Shown piece after piece: positions 37,425 through 46,812 of a stretch of DNA of 64,000 nucleotides. Positions within the stretch are counted from its first letter, which is position 1; each line of letters starts with the position of its first letter. The translations under genes were made by a program, and so were the position numbers. A model generated the notes under the pieces. It did no database searches, was not told the DNA's origin, and worked only from the letters and a program-made list of their open reading frames with translations. Origin of the DNA: a virus; the IMG/VR virus record IMGVR_UViG_3300029253_000304, one strand, 5' to 3'.

Positions 37425-37955
37425 GTGAATAGCAAATACCGAGAGCAAACCTGCTGCTTTGTTGGGCACAAGGATATCCCACCGGGCGAGCAGCTCAAAA
37501 TATTGGCCAGGGTGGAACACCGGCTTATTCCACTTATCCAGCAGGGAGTCACTTACTTTGGTATCGGCGGTTCTTTAGGTTTTGATACTCTTATGGCGGA
37601 TATGCTGGTTTCGTTGAAAGCAGCACATCCCCGAATTCGCGTTATTGAGGTTTTGCCTTTTGAGGGATACCGTTCTAAATGGAGCTTAGAACAGCAGCGG
37701 CATGCCGAGAAAATAGACAAGCAGGTAGACAAAATAGTATATGCTGCGAAAGAACCAGGCAGGGGAGTATACCTTCTAAGAGACCGACATCTAGTCGATT
37801 ACTCTGCTTATTGTATCTCCTATTGCACAAGGACTACCGGCGGCACGGCATATACGGTGAAATACGCTCTGGAACACGGCATAACGGTGTACAACGCCTC
37901 CAGTTTCGATGTGAGCGCCTTGCTTCAGGCCCGACCGCTTGCGAAGAACGGATGA
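37425..37955 (+). CDS. DUF1273/YpsA-like (SLOG superfamily) protein, a type common in prophages (tentative)
   Basis: CFVGHKD...GIGGSLGFD pattern resembles the Rossmann-like glycine-rich loop of YpsA/YoqJ. Confidence 0.35.
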   Translation: MNSKYREQTCCFVGHKDIPPGEQLKILARVEHRLIPLIQQGVTYFGIGGSLGFDTLMADMLVSLKAAHPRIRVIEVLPFEGYRSKWSLEQQRHAEKIDKQVDKIVYAAKEPGRGVYLLRDRHLVDYSAYCISYCTRTTGGTAYTVKYALEHGITVYNASSFDVSALLQARPLAKNG

Positions 37956-38042
37956 AAAAACGCCCTTGCACAAAACATGAGGGAGATTTCCGGGCGTTTG
38001 GAGAAATACCCATAGGACTTTGAGCTTTGCTGCACAAAAACA

Positions 38043-38080
38043 AGCCTCCGCTCTTTGGCGGGGGCTCTTCTTGTATTCTC
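38043..38080 (+). terminator. intrinsic terminator
   Basis: stem AGCCTCCGC/GCGGGGGCT followed by a T-rich run. Confidence 0.4.
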
Positions 38081-38084
38081 AAAA

Positions 38085-39500
38085 ACGGTCAACAACCCCC
38101 ACCTGAAGGAGGGGGCTTGAAACCCCGCAGGATTCCAATGATTCTCACTCAATGGATTTTTACAGCACGGTTCCGTCCGTGCGACCAAGTATCTATGAGC
38201 TTTCACCGCTGTTGCGGGCGGAATAGCGGGAGTGAGAAAATTGGATTTATGTGGGATATAATCCCAACAATCCAACATTACGTATGTTTATAGCGGCATT
38301 GTGGTCGCGGTTATGTGTTGTACCGCAGCTGCTGCATGTCCAGTTTCTGTCTGCCAGTGTGAGGTCATCTTTTATGAGACCACAAACGCTGCAAGTTTTA
38401 CTGGATGGATACCACTTATCGATTTTGGCAAAAGTCTTTCCTTGCGATGTGAGCTTATACTCAAGCATCGTGCGAAACATACCAAAACCATTGTCGTTAG
38501 TGGATTTGCCAAGCTTCAGAGAGCCAGCCATACCACGAAGGTTTATATCTTCCACAAACACGGCATCATACTGCTTGGCTATCGCAGTACTCAGCGTATG
38601 GCAGAAGTTCTTTCTCTGGTTGGCTGTATGCTCTTGCAGAAGGCGAACCTTATGCAGTTGCTGGTTATAGTTGTTGGAGCCATACTTCATATGAGACAGC
38701 TTACGCTGTTCTTTAGCAAGTTTGGCCTCGGCTTTACGGTAGAAACGTGGATAATTAGCCACATCACCGTTGCTGTCTACATAAAAATTATGGGAGGAGT
38801 AATCCAAACCAAGAGATTTTTCTTTCGTGGCAGCAACAGGCTGGATGTCTTCCCTAAACTCGTACAGCAAGGAAATAAAGTACTTACCGGTACGGGTGCA
38901 GCTGACAGTAGCAGCTTTTAGCGTCCAGCCAGCCTTTGGCAAACAGTGTTTGCTGATTCTTACTTTCCCTATTTTAGGAAGCAAGATAGTGTCATGCCCA
39001 AGCGCAATGGTTTTAGCTGTACGCCCATCCTTTGTTTTATACGAATGAATGTTTGTAGTATAGGACATCTTGCTCTTGTGTTTGGATTTTAGTTGCGGCG
39101 CACCAGTCTTTTTCTCAAGATGCCGTTTATTGGCATCTTTCAAGTCAAGCTGGGTATTGCATAATGCACCACTGTCTATTTCCTTTAAAAAAGGAAATTC
39201 TTTCTTGTATTTAGCAGGAGTAGGAATAAAAAATATCCCTGCCTCGTTCAAGAATGTTTGCGCATCAGTAAGCATGTGATTCCACACAAAGCGTACACAG
39301 CCAAAAGTTTTGGCAAGCAACACTGTCTGCTCTTCAGTAGGATACGCTCTATATTTTATTGCACGGTTTAGTTTTACAGTCGGCACTGCTTGTCACCACC
39401 TTTATTATTAGTATACTAACTTCGCAACACTTAGCAAGGTGTGGCAATTCCTCCCCCACATGAATGAGGGGGAATCCTTGCCACTACTTCTTGAATTCAA
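38085..39500 (-). mobile_element. IS1341-like (tnpB-only) IS200/IS605-family element, approximate bounds
   Basis: tnpB plus structured 3'-flank (hairpins CCCCCACC...GGAGGGGG) compatible with an omega-RNA at the right end; bounds not precisely determinable. Confidence 0.4.
38247..39386 (-). CDS. tnpB: TnpB (IS200/IS605-family OrfB, RuvC-like RNA-guided nuclease), IS1341-type solo copy
   Basis: N-terminal KYRAYPTEEQ; RuvC-like blocks; C-terminal CSVCG...CSSCG zinc finger and DHNAAINI motif; GTG start after AAAGGTGGTGA. Confidence 0.85.
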   Translation of the reverse strand: MPTVKLNRAIKYRAYPTEEQTVLLAKTFGCVRFVWNHMLTDAQTFLNEAGIFFIPTPAKYKKEFPFLKEIDSGALCNTQLDLKDANKRHLEKKTGAPQLKSKHKSKMSYTTNIHSYKTKDGRTAKTIALGHDTILLPKIGKVRISKHCLPKAGWTLKAATVSCTRTGKYFISLLYEFREDIQPVAATKEKSLGLDYSSHNFYVDSNGDVANYPRFYRKAEAKLAKEQRKLSHMKYGSNNYNQQLHKVRLLQEHTANQRKNFCHTLSTAIAKQYDAVFVEDINLRGMAGSLKLGKSTNDNGFGMFRTMLEYKLTSQGKTFAKIDKWYPSSKTCSVCGLIKDDLTLADRNWTCSSCGTTHNRDHNAAINIRNVGLLGLYPT

Positions 39501-40286
39501 TTTCACTGAATTCCGATTCAACATTATTTGGCGTGGCTCAGCTTGGCCCGGTAGCACGATACCATGGCGGCCAAACACAATGATTCTCCAGAACGGAATT
39601 CTCGACATTCGGTGCGAATCGTATATAATCTAAATAATAAAACAGTATAGGAATATAGCTAAGCCGCCAAGCGAGTGAAATCGTTTGGTGGCTTTTCTTT
39701 TTGCTACGGAAAAGTAGATATTGTACTTGTCATGAGCTTGTTGCATACTTGCTAAGCACTTGCTACGCTTCACCTCGAAGCAAGTTCATTTTTTTTGCGC
39801 GAAAGAATATCGGATAAGTGACGCTTCCTACTCGTATGACCGAAAGAAAACATGCAAAGACTCTACCATTCTGGTAGGGCTTTTTTGCTGCCCAAAAAGT
39901 TGGAAAAATGTCGCAAGCGAGCCGCTGAAACCTCGGAATTTTGTCGCAGCCTTTCCGAATATGAGATGTATCTCACAAAAGCGAAATGCGCTGCTTCGTA
40001 TCTGTGGTGAGACAATCGGAACAGGCGAATAGCAAAATCTCAGCTGCCGCAAATGCTGTCAAGTTCAAATCACAACTCCCAAAAGTTTCGTTTGGGAAAG
40101 CCTGCATTAAAAGTTTCGTTCTGGAAAATGCAGAGGGGAAAGGAAAATGCCGAAGCATATATGCACTGATTTTCTTCTTGCTATTTGTGCAATCCGCTCA
40201 AATTGGCGATAAATATTCCCAAAATAAATAAGTCAAAGTGCTTTTGGTGTATAATGGCTCTGACAAACAGAAAAAAGGAGAACACT

Positions 40287-41369
40287 ATGAAAAAGGTTGT
40301 ATCATTAGCACTTTCGACTTTGCTCGTCCTCTCGTTGGCTGCCTGCGGCAAGGCGAATAGTTCCGCTGCAACAGCCGCAAGTGAATCCAAGTCAAGTGCT
40401 TCGTCAAATAGCACTTCCAATAGCACGCAAGATTACAGCCCTGACGGGATTAAAGTAGGAGAGACATATACTACAGAAGACGGCAAAACATATGAAAGGG
40501 TGTGGAACGGCACAGGCAGCGATTTACCTACGCCGTCCCCCGAACCAAAAATTACATACGATAATGATTTCCAGGCACAGACACTTGTTGATAATGAAGA
40601 ATGCATCATTATCTTGCAGAGCGTTGGTTACGATGATGATTACGGCTATTATTGGAAGCTTTATTTCAAGAATAAGACATCAGATAAAAAACTCGGTTAC
40701 TCGTTTGATGACTGCACATTGAATGGCGTGGGTGCGAGCCTTTGGCTTACGAGTGTTGAACCTGGTCAAGAGGAAACGGAGATTCATCATTGGGAAAGTT
40801 CCGGGCTTAAAATTTATAACATCAATCCGCAGGATATCAATACGGTAAGTTTTTATCTCGATGTCTATAACGAATTAGATTATGATGTTATCCCACGGCA
40901 TGACTTTGTTGATGACGATTTTGTGGTTTATCCAAAAGGGGAAGAAAACGCAACCGAGCCAAAGCATGAAACCCAACCCACAGACCTCGTACTGGCCGAC
41001 AATGACGCTTGCACTCTGATGATTTGTGGATTTGACCCCGATGGCCTGCACGGTTATACGACCAAAGCTTACATAGAAAACAAGACGGATAAAGAAATCA
41101 TGTTTGCCTTTAGAAGCGGAGGCTCTATAAACGGTTTTGAGTGCTTCCCTGAAACAGATACAATGGGAATTGATGCGCACACTAATGCCTATGTAGACAT
41201 CTACTATTACGATTATTTAGATACTTATGAGGCCAACGGTAAAGACCCCACCTCTATCACCGAAATGGTGATGCCAATCGTTATAAACAATTCCAGCACT
41301 CGGGACATCTATGTAGATGAGACTTTCACTATTAACCCTCAGACAAATTCCGTGACAACACCGGAATAA
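40287..41369 (+). CDS. lipoprotein with internally duplicated ~120 aa domain (paralogue A)
   Basis: MKKVVSLALSTLLVLSLAAC lipobox; two copies of D-N-D-x-C-x-[IM]...GYDD..YGYY / G-F-D-x-D-x-x-x-G-Y-T segments; extended -10 TGTATAAT upstream. Confidence 0.6.
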   Translation: MKKVVSLALSTLLVLSLAACGKANSSAATAASESKSSASSNSTSNSTQDYSPDGIKVGETYTTEDGKTYERVWNGTGSDLPTPSPEPKITYDNDFQAQTLVDNEECIIILQSVGYDDDYGYYWKLYFKNKTSDKKLGYSFDDCTLNGVGASLWLTSVEPGQEETEIHHWESSGLKIYNINPQDINTVSFYLDVYNELDYDVIPRHDFVDDDFVVYPKGEENATEPKHETQPTDLVLADNDACTLMICGFDPDGLHGYTTKAYIENKTDKEIMFAFRSGGSINGFECFPETDTMGIDAHTNAYVDIYYYDYLDTYEANGKDPTSITEMVMPIVINNSSTRDIYVDETFTINPQTNSVTTPE

Positions 41370-41727
41370 TTTGACGCCCTCCTGCGATTAAAATTATTAA
41401 CTTTCCCGGGCTTCGTTTGCAACTTTGTAAATAAAAGTTTCGTTCTGGAAAACACGGTGGAAAATTGACACCTCCCACGATTGAAATCGTGGGATTCCTG
41501 GGCGGCGCGGCAAGGTTCATCGCCAAATCGTGTCTGAAACAGCGAGTTATGCGGTTTCCCATCATCCGCTACGGGTGTAGCGCATGACGAGCATCCAGCC
41601 AAAATGGTTGACCAACATACTTGTCTGCATTCCCAGTTCTTTTAAGTGCATCCTCCGAAGGGAGTTTCACCTCTTGCGAGGCAGCTCTTTAACGAGGGAG
41701 TGTCGAGCCCCCGGGAAACTATTATTT

Positions 41728-43464
41728 TTAGAACCCTACGCTTGCAGGAAGGTAGCTTTTATCCTTCTGCAAGCGCTTTATTGTATTTTCGTGCATCACT
41801 AAGAATGCAGGAAAAGCTGAGTTAAGAGCTTTTGTATTGTATTCCAAAGATTCAGTATCTATATATTCAAGCAGAAAAGCGGAATACAGGTCACGCTGAA
41901 CTATATCGCCGCTGCGGAGACGAGCCATTCGTTCGGAAAGCCTCTTCTTGGTGTAGCTTTCATCTGTATGGTCAAATTGCGAGGCTTTTGTTTCAAAGGT
42001 GCTGACTTTGATAACACTGCCGTCATAACGATTGGCTTTTTTGTTCAGGATGGAAATAAACATTGCGGGGGCGCAACGGCTCAACGATTTGCCAAACCGT
42101 TTTTTTGTATGTGCTCTACCGGTTTTTGGATTGACTTTCGTTTCCTTGCTGCGCTTTTGCAAGGCTTTGTAGTTCATATCTTCAACCACGAACTCGTCGC
42201 CATGCTGCAGCAATTCGTTGGCAAGGATGTTGTGCTCCATCTTGCGGATATCCGCCAATCGGCGGTTTAAGTCACGCAGTTTTGCTTTCAAACGGAAATA
42301 GCGCTTGCTGTACTTCCAGTCACGCCTTTGTTTGTGACCATGCTTGCGCTTTAACCGTTTTATTGTACCATCAGAATTAAAATATTGCGGGTTTGTAGCG
42401 CGGCGTGAACGGTCCATTGCTCGCTGTGTACGAGCGATTTCGTTCACGAGGCTTTTGGCTTGCGCTCTTGCTGATGGCGCAAGAACTCTCAAATCGCAGA
42501 TATCTTTACCACTAATGGCAAGCGTTTGCGTGCCGATATCAAGACCTATGCGCCCTTGATTGACAGGATGCTTCATCACGCCGTTGCTATCGCATTTGAC
42601 GGGAGGATACCCTTCCAAAACAAGTTGAGCATAATACTTCCACTTATTGCGAACCCACTTACGAGTAATGCGGCAGTATTTTACTCCACATTTGAGAGCT
42701 TCCTGCTGATATTTTCCTGTCTGAGTTTTAGGATTACGCAACACAACAGGAAATTCATGCTTTCCGTACACAATGCGCAGGTTGCCTTTTCCGATAGTGG
42801 GTTTTATTTTTGCGATAGCGGCAGCAATTTCAGCTTCCATTTGTGGTTTTACCTCATCAGGAAGAACGACTTTCTTATCGTCTTTAGGGTCAGGCCGCCC
42901 GTACATATCATCGTATCGCTTCTCAACGGCTTTTTGCGCCTTGCGCTTAGCCGACTCTATATTGCTTGTAGTGAGGTTTGCCGGGCGAAGCACGATACCG
43001 GTAGCATTATTCTTACCGGAAATCGAAGCTACATCTTCCAGCTTTTTATAATGGACAGCCTTCCCTTTGCTGAAGAAAAAGCCTTCCCAAGCCGTCCAGA
43101 CGGCGGATGCAACATTCTGTGCTACATGAGAATTGATGGCAAAGTGCTTCGCGTACGGCACAACCAACTTATGAAGAGCATCTTCAGAAAAACGATATTC
43201 TTTAAGCATCTTTTCGCGTTGCTTAAAGAGTGTTTTTTGCTCATCGCTGTCGGGAGTTGCTTTTGCAATAGCTGCCATCAACTCACGATACTTGCGCGTC
43301 TTGCGCAATTGATGCCACATTTTTGTAGTCACACTCACAAGCTGATTGTAGATGACACCACACTTCTTGAACTCCTTATACAGATAGTCTTGCTCGTTGA
43401 GACTTATATCAAGAGGCAATGTCAATACAAATGATGGCGTGCTATTCTTGCTCCCAAAAGCCAT
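41728..43464 (-). CDS. tnpB: long TnpB-like RuvC nuclease (578 aa) without a canonical zinc finger
   Basis: RuvC-I GLDIGTQ, RuvC-II VVEDMN, RuvC-III QRDLYSAFLL; no Cys residues where CxxC...CxxC is normally found. Confidence 0.7.
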   Translation of the reverse strand: MAFGSKNSTPSFVLTLPLDISLNEQDYLYKEFKKCGVIYNQLVSVTTKMWHQLRKTRKYRELMAAIAKATPDSDEQKTLFKQREKMLKEYRFSEDALHKLVVPYAKHFAINSHVAQNVASAVWTAWEGFFFSKGKAVHYKKLEDVASISGKNNATGIVLRPANLTTSNIESAKRKAQKAVEKRYDDMYGRPDPKDDKKVVLPDEVKPQMEAEIAAAIAKIKPTIGKGNLRIVYGKHEFPVVLRNPKTQTGKYQQEALKCGVKYCRITRKWVRNKWKYYAQLVLEGYPPVKCDSNGVMKHPVNQGRIGLDIGTQTLAISGKDICDLRVLAPSARAQAKSLVNEIARTQRAMDRSRRATNPQYFNSDGTIKRLKRKHGHKQRRDWKYSKRYFRLKAKLRDLNRRLADIRKMEHNILANELLQHGDEFVVEDMNYKALQKRSKETKVNPKTGRAHTKKRFGKSLSRCAPAMFISILNKKANRYDGSVIKVSTFETKASQFDHTDESYTKKRLSERMARLRSGDIVQRDLYSAFLLEYIDTESLEYNTKALNSAFPAFLVMHENTIKRLQKDKSYLPASVGF

Positions 43465-43468
43465 AAAG

Positions 43469-43870
43469 TTACCCTCCTCTCTTTTTTTGCTGTTCTACAT
43501 AGTGTTGAATCGTAGCGGTAGACACATCTCCGGCAGTGCTTACAAAATAGCTGCGTGTCCACATTTGCATAACCGTGTCAGGAAAAAACTCTTGCTTGAG
43601 TATCCTGCCGGTGGTTCCTTTAATAATTTTCATGATTTCTGCAGCACTTAATGTAGGCGGAGCATTCACGAAAAGATGACAATGGTCTATATGACATTCC
43701 ATTGCCAGTATCACAATGTCGTTTTGCTCACAAATTTGAGTTACAAGTTCCTTGAAACGAGCTTCAAACCCATCCACCAGAAATAATTTTCTCCGATAGC
43801 GTGGGCAAAACACAAAGTGATAATTTATCATAGAAACGGTTGCTTTTGTGCGCCTATAATCTTTTTTCAT
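43469..43870 (-). CDS. tnpA: IS200/IS605 TnpA (HUH Y1 transposase)
   Basis: HUH motif HIDHCHLFV; catalytic Tyr region TRSYFVSTAG; 133 aa; 4 nt from tnpB. Confidence 0.85.
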   Translation of the reverse strand: MKKDYRRTKATVSMINYHFVFCPRYRRKLFLVDGFEARFKELVTQICEQNDIVILAMECHIDHCHLFVNAPPTLSAAEIMKIIKGTTGRILKQEFFPDTVMQMWTRSYFVSTAGDVSTATIQHYVEQQKKRGG

Positions 43871-44077
43871 GTATCTATTATATCATATTTTAGATGCCAT
43901 GTTGTTGCAAACACATGAATATATACAAAGTTGTCTTGAAATTTCTCCCAAAGTAACTCTAAGGTGCGGCCTTTCATCCCACGATTGAAATCGTGGGCTT
44001 TCCCAGCCTTCATTTTGTAAAATGTCGAAGCGCTTTTGATGTATAATAGCCTTATACAAAGAAAAAAGGAGAAAATC

Positions 44078-45100
44078 ATGAAAAAGGTTGTATCATTAGC
44101 ACTTTCGGCTTTGCTTGCCCTTTCCCTGGCCGCCTGTAGCAGCTCTAACACTACCAGTACTGCTGCCAGCAGTGCAGCTACATCTGATGCTGCATCCTCC
44201 GAGAAAAGCACCAGCGACTCTTCAACGAGTACTGCAAGTAGTGCTGCCGATAATGCAACGGCTGAACCCGACATCCAGTTCGATGAGAGTTTCCAGCCAC
44301 AGACGATTGCCGACAACGATACCTGTACCATCATCTTGCAGAACGTGGGTTATGATGACAGCTATGGCTACTACTGGACCGTTGATTTCCAAAATAAAAC
44401 GGATGACAAAACTCTTTGCGCTATCACAAGCAGCTCGTCCTTGAATGGAATCCCGGCAGATACCAGTTGGTTCCCGGAAATTGGACCAGGAGTGAAAACC
44501 ACCGAGGTCGTTTCGTGGGATAAAGCAGGACTGGAAATCTATGGAGTGAAACCGCAAGACATCGATACCGTCAAACTTCACATCGATGTCTATGATGAAG
44601 CAGAATGGGATGTGTCGAATCGTGATGACCCTGTCGATGATGACTTTGTGATTTATCCGAAAGGTGAAGAGAAAGCGACAGAACCAAAACACGAGATTCA
44701 GCCCACGGATATTGTGCTGTTCGACAATAATGCCTGCAGCATGGTCGTTTGCGGATTTTATTCTGATAGTTTCATGGGCTATACGGCAAAAGCCTACTAC
44801 GAAAACAAAACCAACGACCGTATCGATGTCATTCTGGACAAAGGCTCTATCAATGGTTTTGAGTGTACCCCGGAAGGGACAACGCTGCTGGAACCACATT
44901 CTAACGCCTATATTGATATTCGTTGGCAGGAATATGCCGAAACCTACGCAGAAAATGGCAATGACCCAACATCCATCACAGAAATTGTAATGCCAGTTTT
45001 TGTGAGAAAAGACACAGGGAGCAATACGGTATACATTGACGCCACTTATTCCATTGACCCACAAGCAAGAACAGCAACGCCGATAGTGAATCCCCAATGA
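44078..45100 (+). CDS. lipoprotein with internally duplicated domain (paralogue B of 40287..41369)
   Basis: MKKVVSLALSALLALSLAAC lipobox; collinear similarity to paralogue A including the promoter/RBS region. Confidence 0.6.
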   Translation: MKKVVSLALSALLALSLAACSSSNTTSTAASSAATSDAASSEKSTSDSSTSTASSAADNATAEPDIQFDESFQPQTIADNDTCTIILQNVGYDDSYGYYWTVDFQNKTDDKTLCAITSSSSLNGIPADTSWFPEIGPGVKTTEVVSWDKAGLEIYGVKPQDIDTVKLHIDVYDEAEWDVSNRDDPVDDDFVIYPKGEEKATEPKHEIQPTDIVLFDNNACSMVVCGFYSDSFMGYTAKAYYENKTNDRIDVILDKGSINGFECTPEGTTLLEPHSNAYIDIRWQEYAETYAENGNDPTSITEIVMPVFVRKDTGSNTVYIDATYSIDPQARTATPIVNPQ

Positions 45101-45272
45101 TAGCCGCATAATTTTCCAAAGCCAAAAACTTCTGGAATAGCAGCAAAACTTTTCTGAGTTCAGAAAACTTTTGGTACTTTGGGGAAAAGTTTTCTGGAAT
45201 GGGAAAACTCTCCGACTTTTTTGGAATAAAAAAATAAAAGCGCTCACCATTTTTCGGTGGGCGCTTTCGTGT

Positions 45273-46802
45273 TTATTCTTCAGTTTTCTTTTTCAGCCAC
45301 TGCCTTCTAACGAACGGTGTTACATAGGTTTCATCACTCTTCAGCTCATAGCCATAGCTTTCAGCTATCATGGTAGCACGTTCACTCGCTTTCTGCCCGG
45401 CAGGCAGGCGACGAATAAAACCATTGATGTTCTTGGACGAAGCATCATACTTGGACTTGTCGAACACTCGCAGCGGCTCATCGTCTTCATTGTCTTTCTT
45501 GCGATAATCGCGGGGCTTGCCGCCAATCATCAGGCAGCGAATGCCAAATGGGGCATCCGCGTGTGTCACAAACGAAGACCGGAACGACGCATCAGTGGGC
45601 AGGACATCCGGCAAATCACAGGCGAGAGAAGTGTACAGCCAGAGAATCAGATTCGTGACGCTGTCAACCAGCTCTGGAAATTGAGCTCGGTCAGTCAAAA
45701 TATAAAACCACTCGGTGCTTGTGTTATAGTATCCGGCCAGGTCACCGAACTTGGTTACGATTTTATACAGACACACAATCTCGTTGTCGCGGCAAGTCTC
45801 TTTCAGCTTAATTTCCTGTATCAGCTGGCAGGCATCAAACTGAAACAATGCACCGTTGGCGGAAAGAGTTCTGCGGCGATGGTGCAGCGTATCTTTCAGA
45901 AACTCTGTCGTATATTTTGGTGAGATGGGCTTTGGCCACCAGGACCACATGTACGGCGTATTCGCAGTCAACGGTTTATCCGGAAGCATATCCACGGTAT
46001 ACTCGTTCACATAGGTGGCCATCGAAAGAACCGTGTTTGTATACAAATGCGAGAGCAAAGCGAGGTCGTTGATGCTATCGAAATCTGCTACATTCTCATA
46101 GCCATAACGCTTGTAGTACGAAAAGACCATATCCAGGCGTCTATCTTCAGAAATCTGAAAATCGCATTTATCGTATGGCCGATTATTGAAAAGGGCTTCA
46201 CTATAATAGACTGGAACATCCGCAAGGGGATAGGGGTCCCGAATGATGATAGGCTCATTCTCAGTCGAAATGCCAACAATGTTGTTCACAATGTCAAATT
46301 CCTGAGGCTTGAGGTATTCGCTTCCCTGCATCAGCATATCGATTACCGCGTACAGGACAGAATCATTACGTTCCATAACTCCGTCAATGGATAATCCTGA
46401 ATGAACACATTCCTGCGCATAAGCAATAGCCTTGAAATACAGAGCATAGTCCTTATTCTTCTTGATGGGCTTTGTGAGCCCCTGCAAAAACTGATGATAG
46501 CCTTTAATGAACTTGTCGGGGTTTGCCATGGCAAGCTCTACCTGAGAGCTGACGGCCTCAATGATGGGTTTGCACTCCTCAGCTTCACGGACCAGGTGAA
46601 AGAGGAAAGTAGATGCTTTCCCAAAATCCATGTCATGCAATGTCGTCGCAACCTGGCAAGCGCTGGACAAGGTTCTTCTCTGAAATACCCAGATGGACTC
46701 GCCTTTGCTCCGATACTTCTTATCCCATACCGGTGCGTATTTATCGACTAAGGCATTACCGAAATCTTCCTGCGCTGCCAAAACACCATTTTCGTTCTGC
46801 AC
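45273..46802 (-). CDS. large uncharacterised protein (509 aa), second gene of a two-gene operon with the HD-domain protein
   Basis: GTG start 10 nt after the HD gene stop, with GGAGGA RBS; no recognisable motifs. Confidence 0.55.
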   Translation of the reverse strand: MQNENGVLAAQEDFGNALVDKYAPVWDKKYRSKGESIWVFQRRTLSSACQVATTLHDMDFGKASTFLFHLVREAEECKPIIEAVSSQVELAMANPDKFIKGYHQFLQGLTKPIKKNKDYALYFKAIAYAQECVHSGLSIDGVMERNDSVLYAVIDMLMQGSEYLKPQEFDIVNNIVGISTENEPIIIRDPYPLADVPVYYSEALFNNRPYDKCDFQISEDRRLDMVFSYYKRYGYENVADFDSINDLALLSHLYTNTVLSMATYVNEYTVDMLPDKPLTANTPYMWSWWPKPISPKYTTEFLKDTLHHRRRTLSANGALFQFDACQLIQEIKLKETCRDNEIVCLYKIVTKFGDLAGYYNTSTEWFYILTDRAQFPELVDSVTNLILWLYTSLACDLPDVLPTDASFRSSFVTHADAPFGIRCLMIGGKPRDYRKKDNEDDEPLRVFDKSKYDASSKNINGFIRRLPAGQKASERATMIAESYGYELKSDETYVTPFVRRQWLKKKTEE

Positions 46803-46812
46803 AGTATCCTCC

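Larger units (their letters stand above)
41474..43997 (-). mobile_element. IS200/IS605-family element (tnpA plus long tnpB-like) bounded by identical 20 nt palindromes
   Basis: perfect palindrome CCCACGATTGAAATCGTGGG at 41474-41493 and 43978-43997 flanks tnpA-tnpB; inserted between two paralogous lipoprotein genes. Confidence 0.6.
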
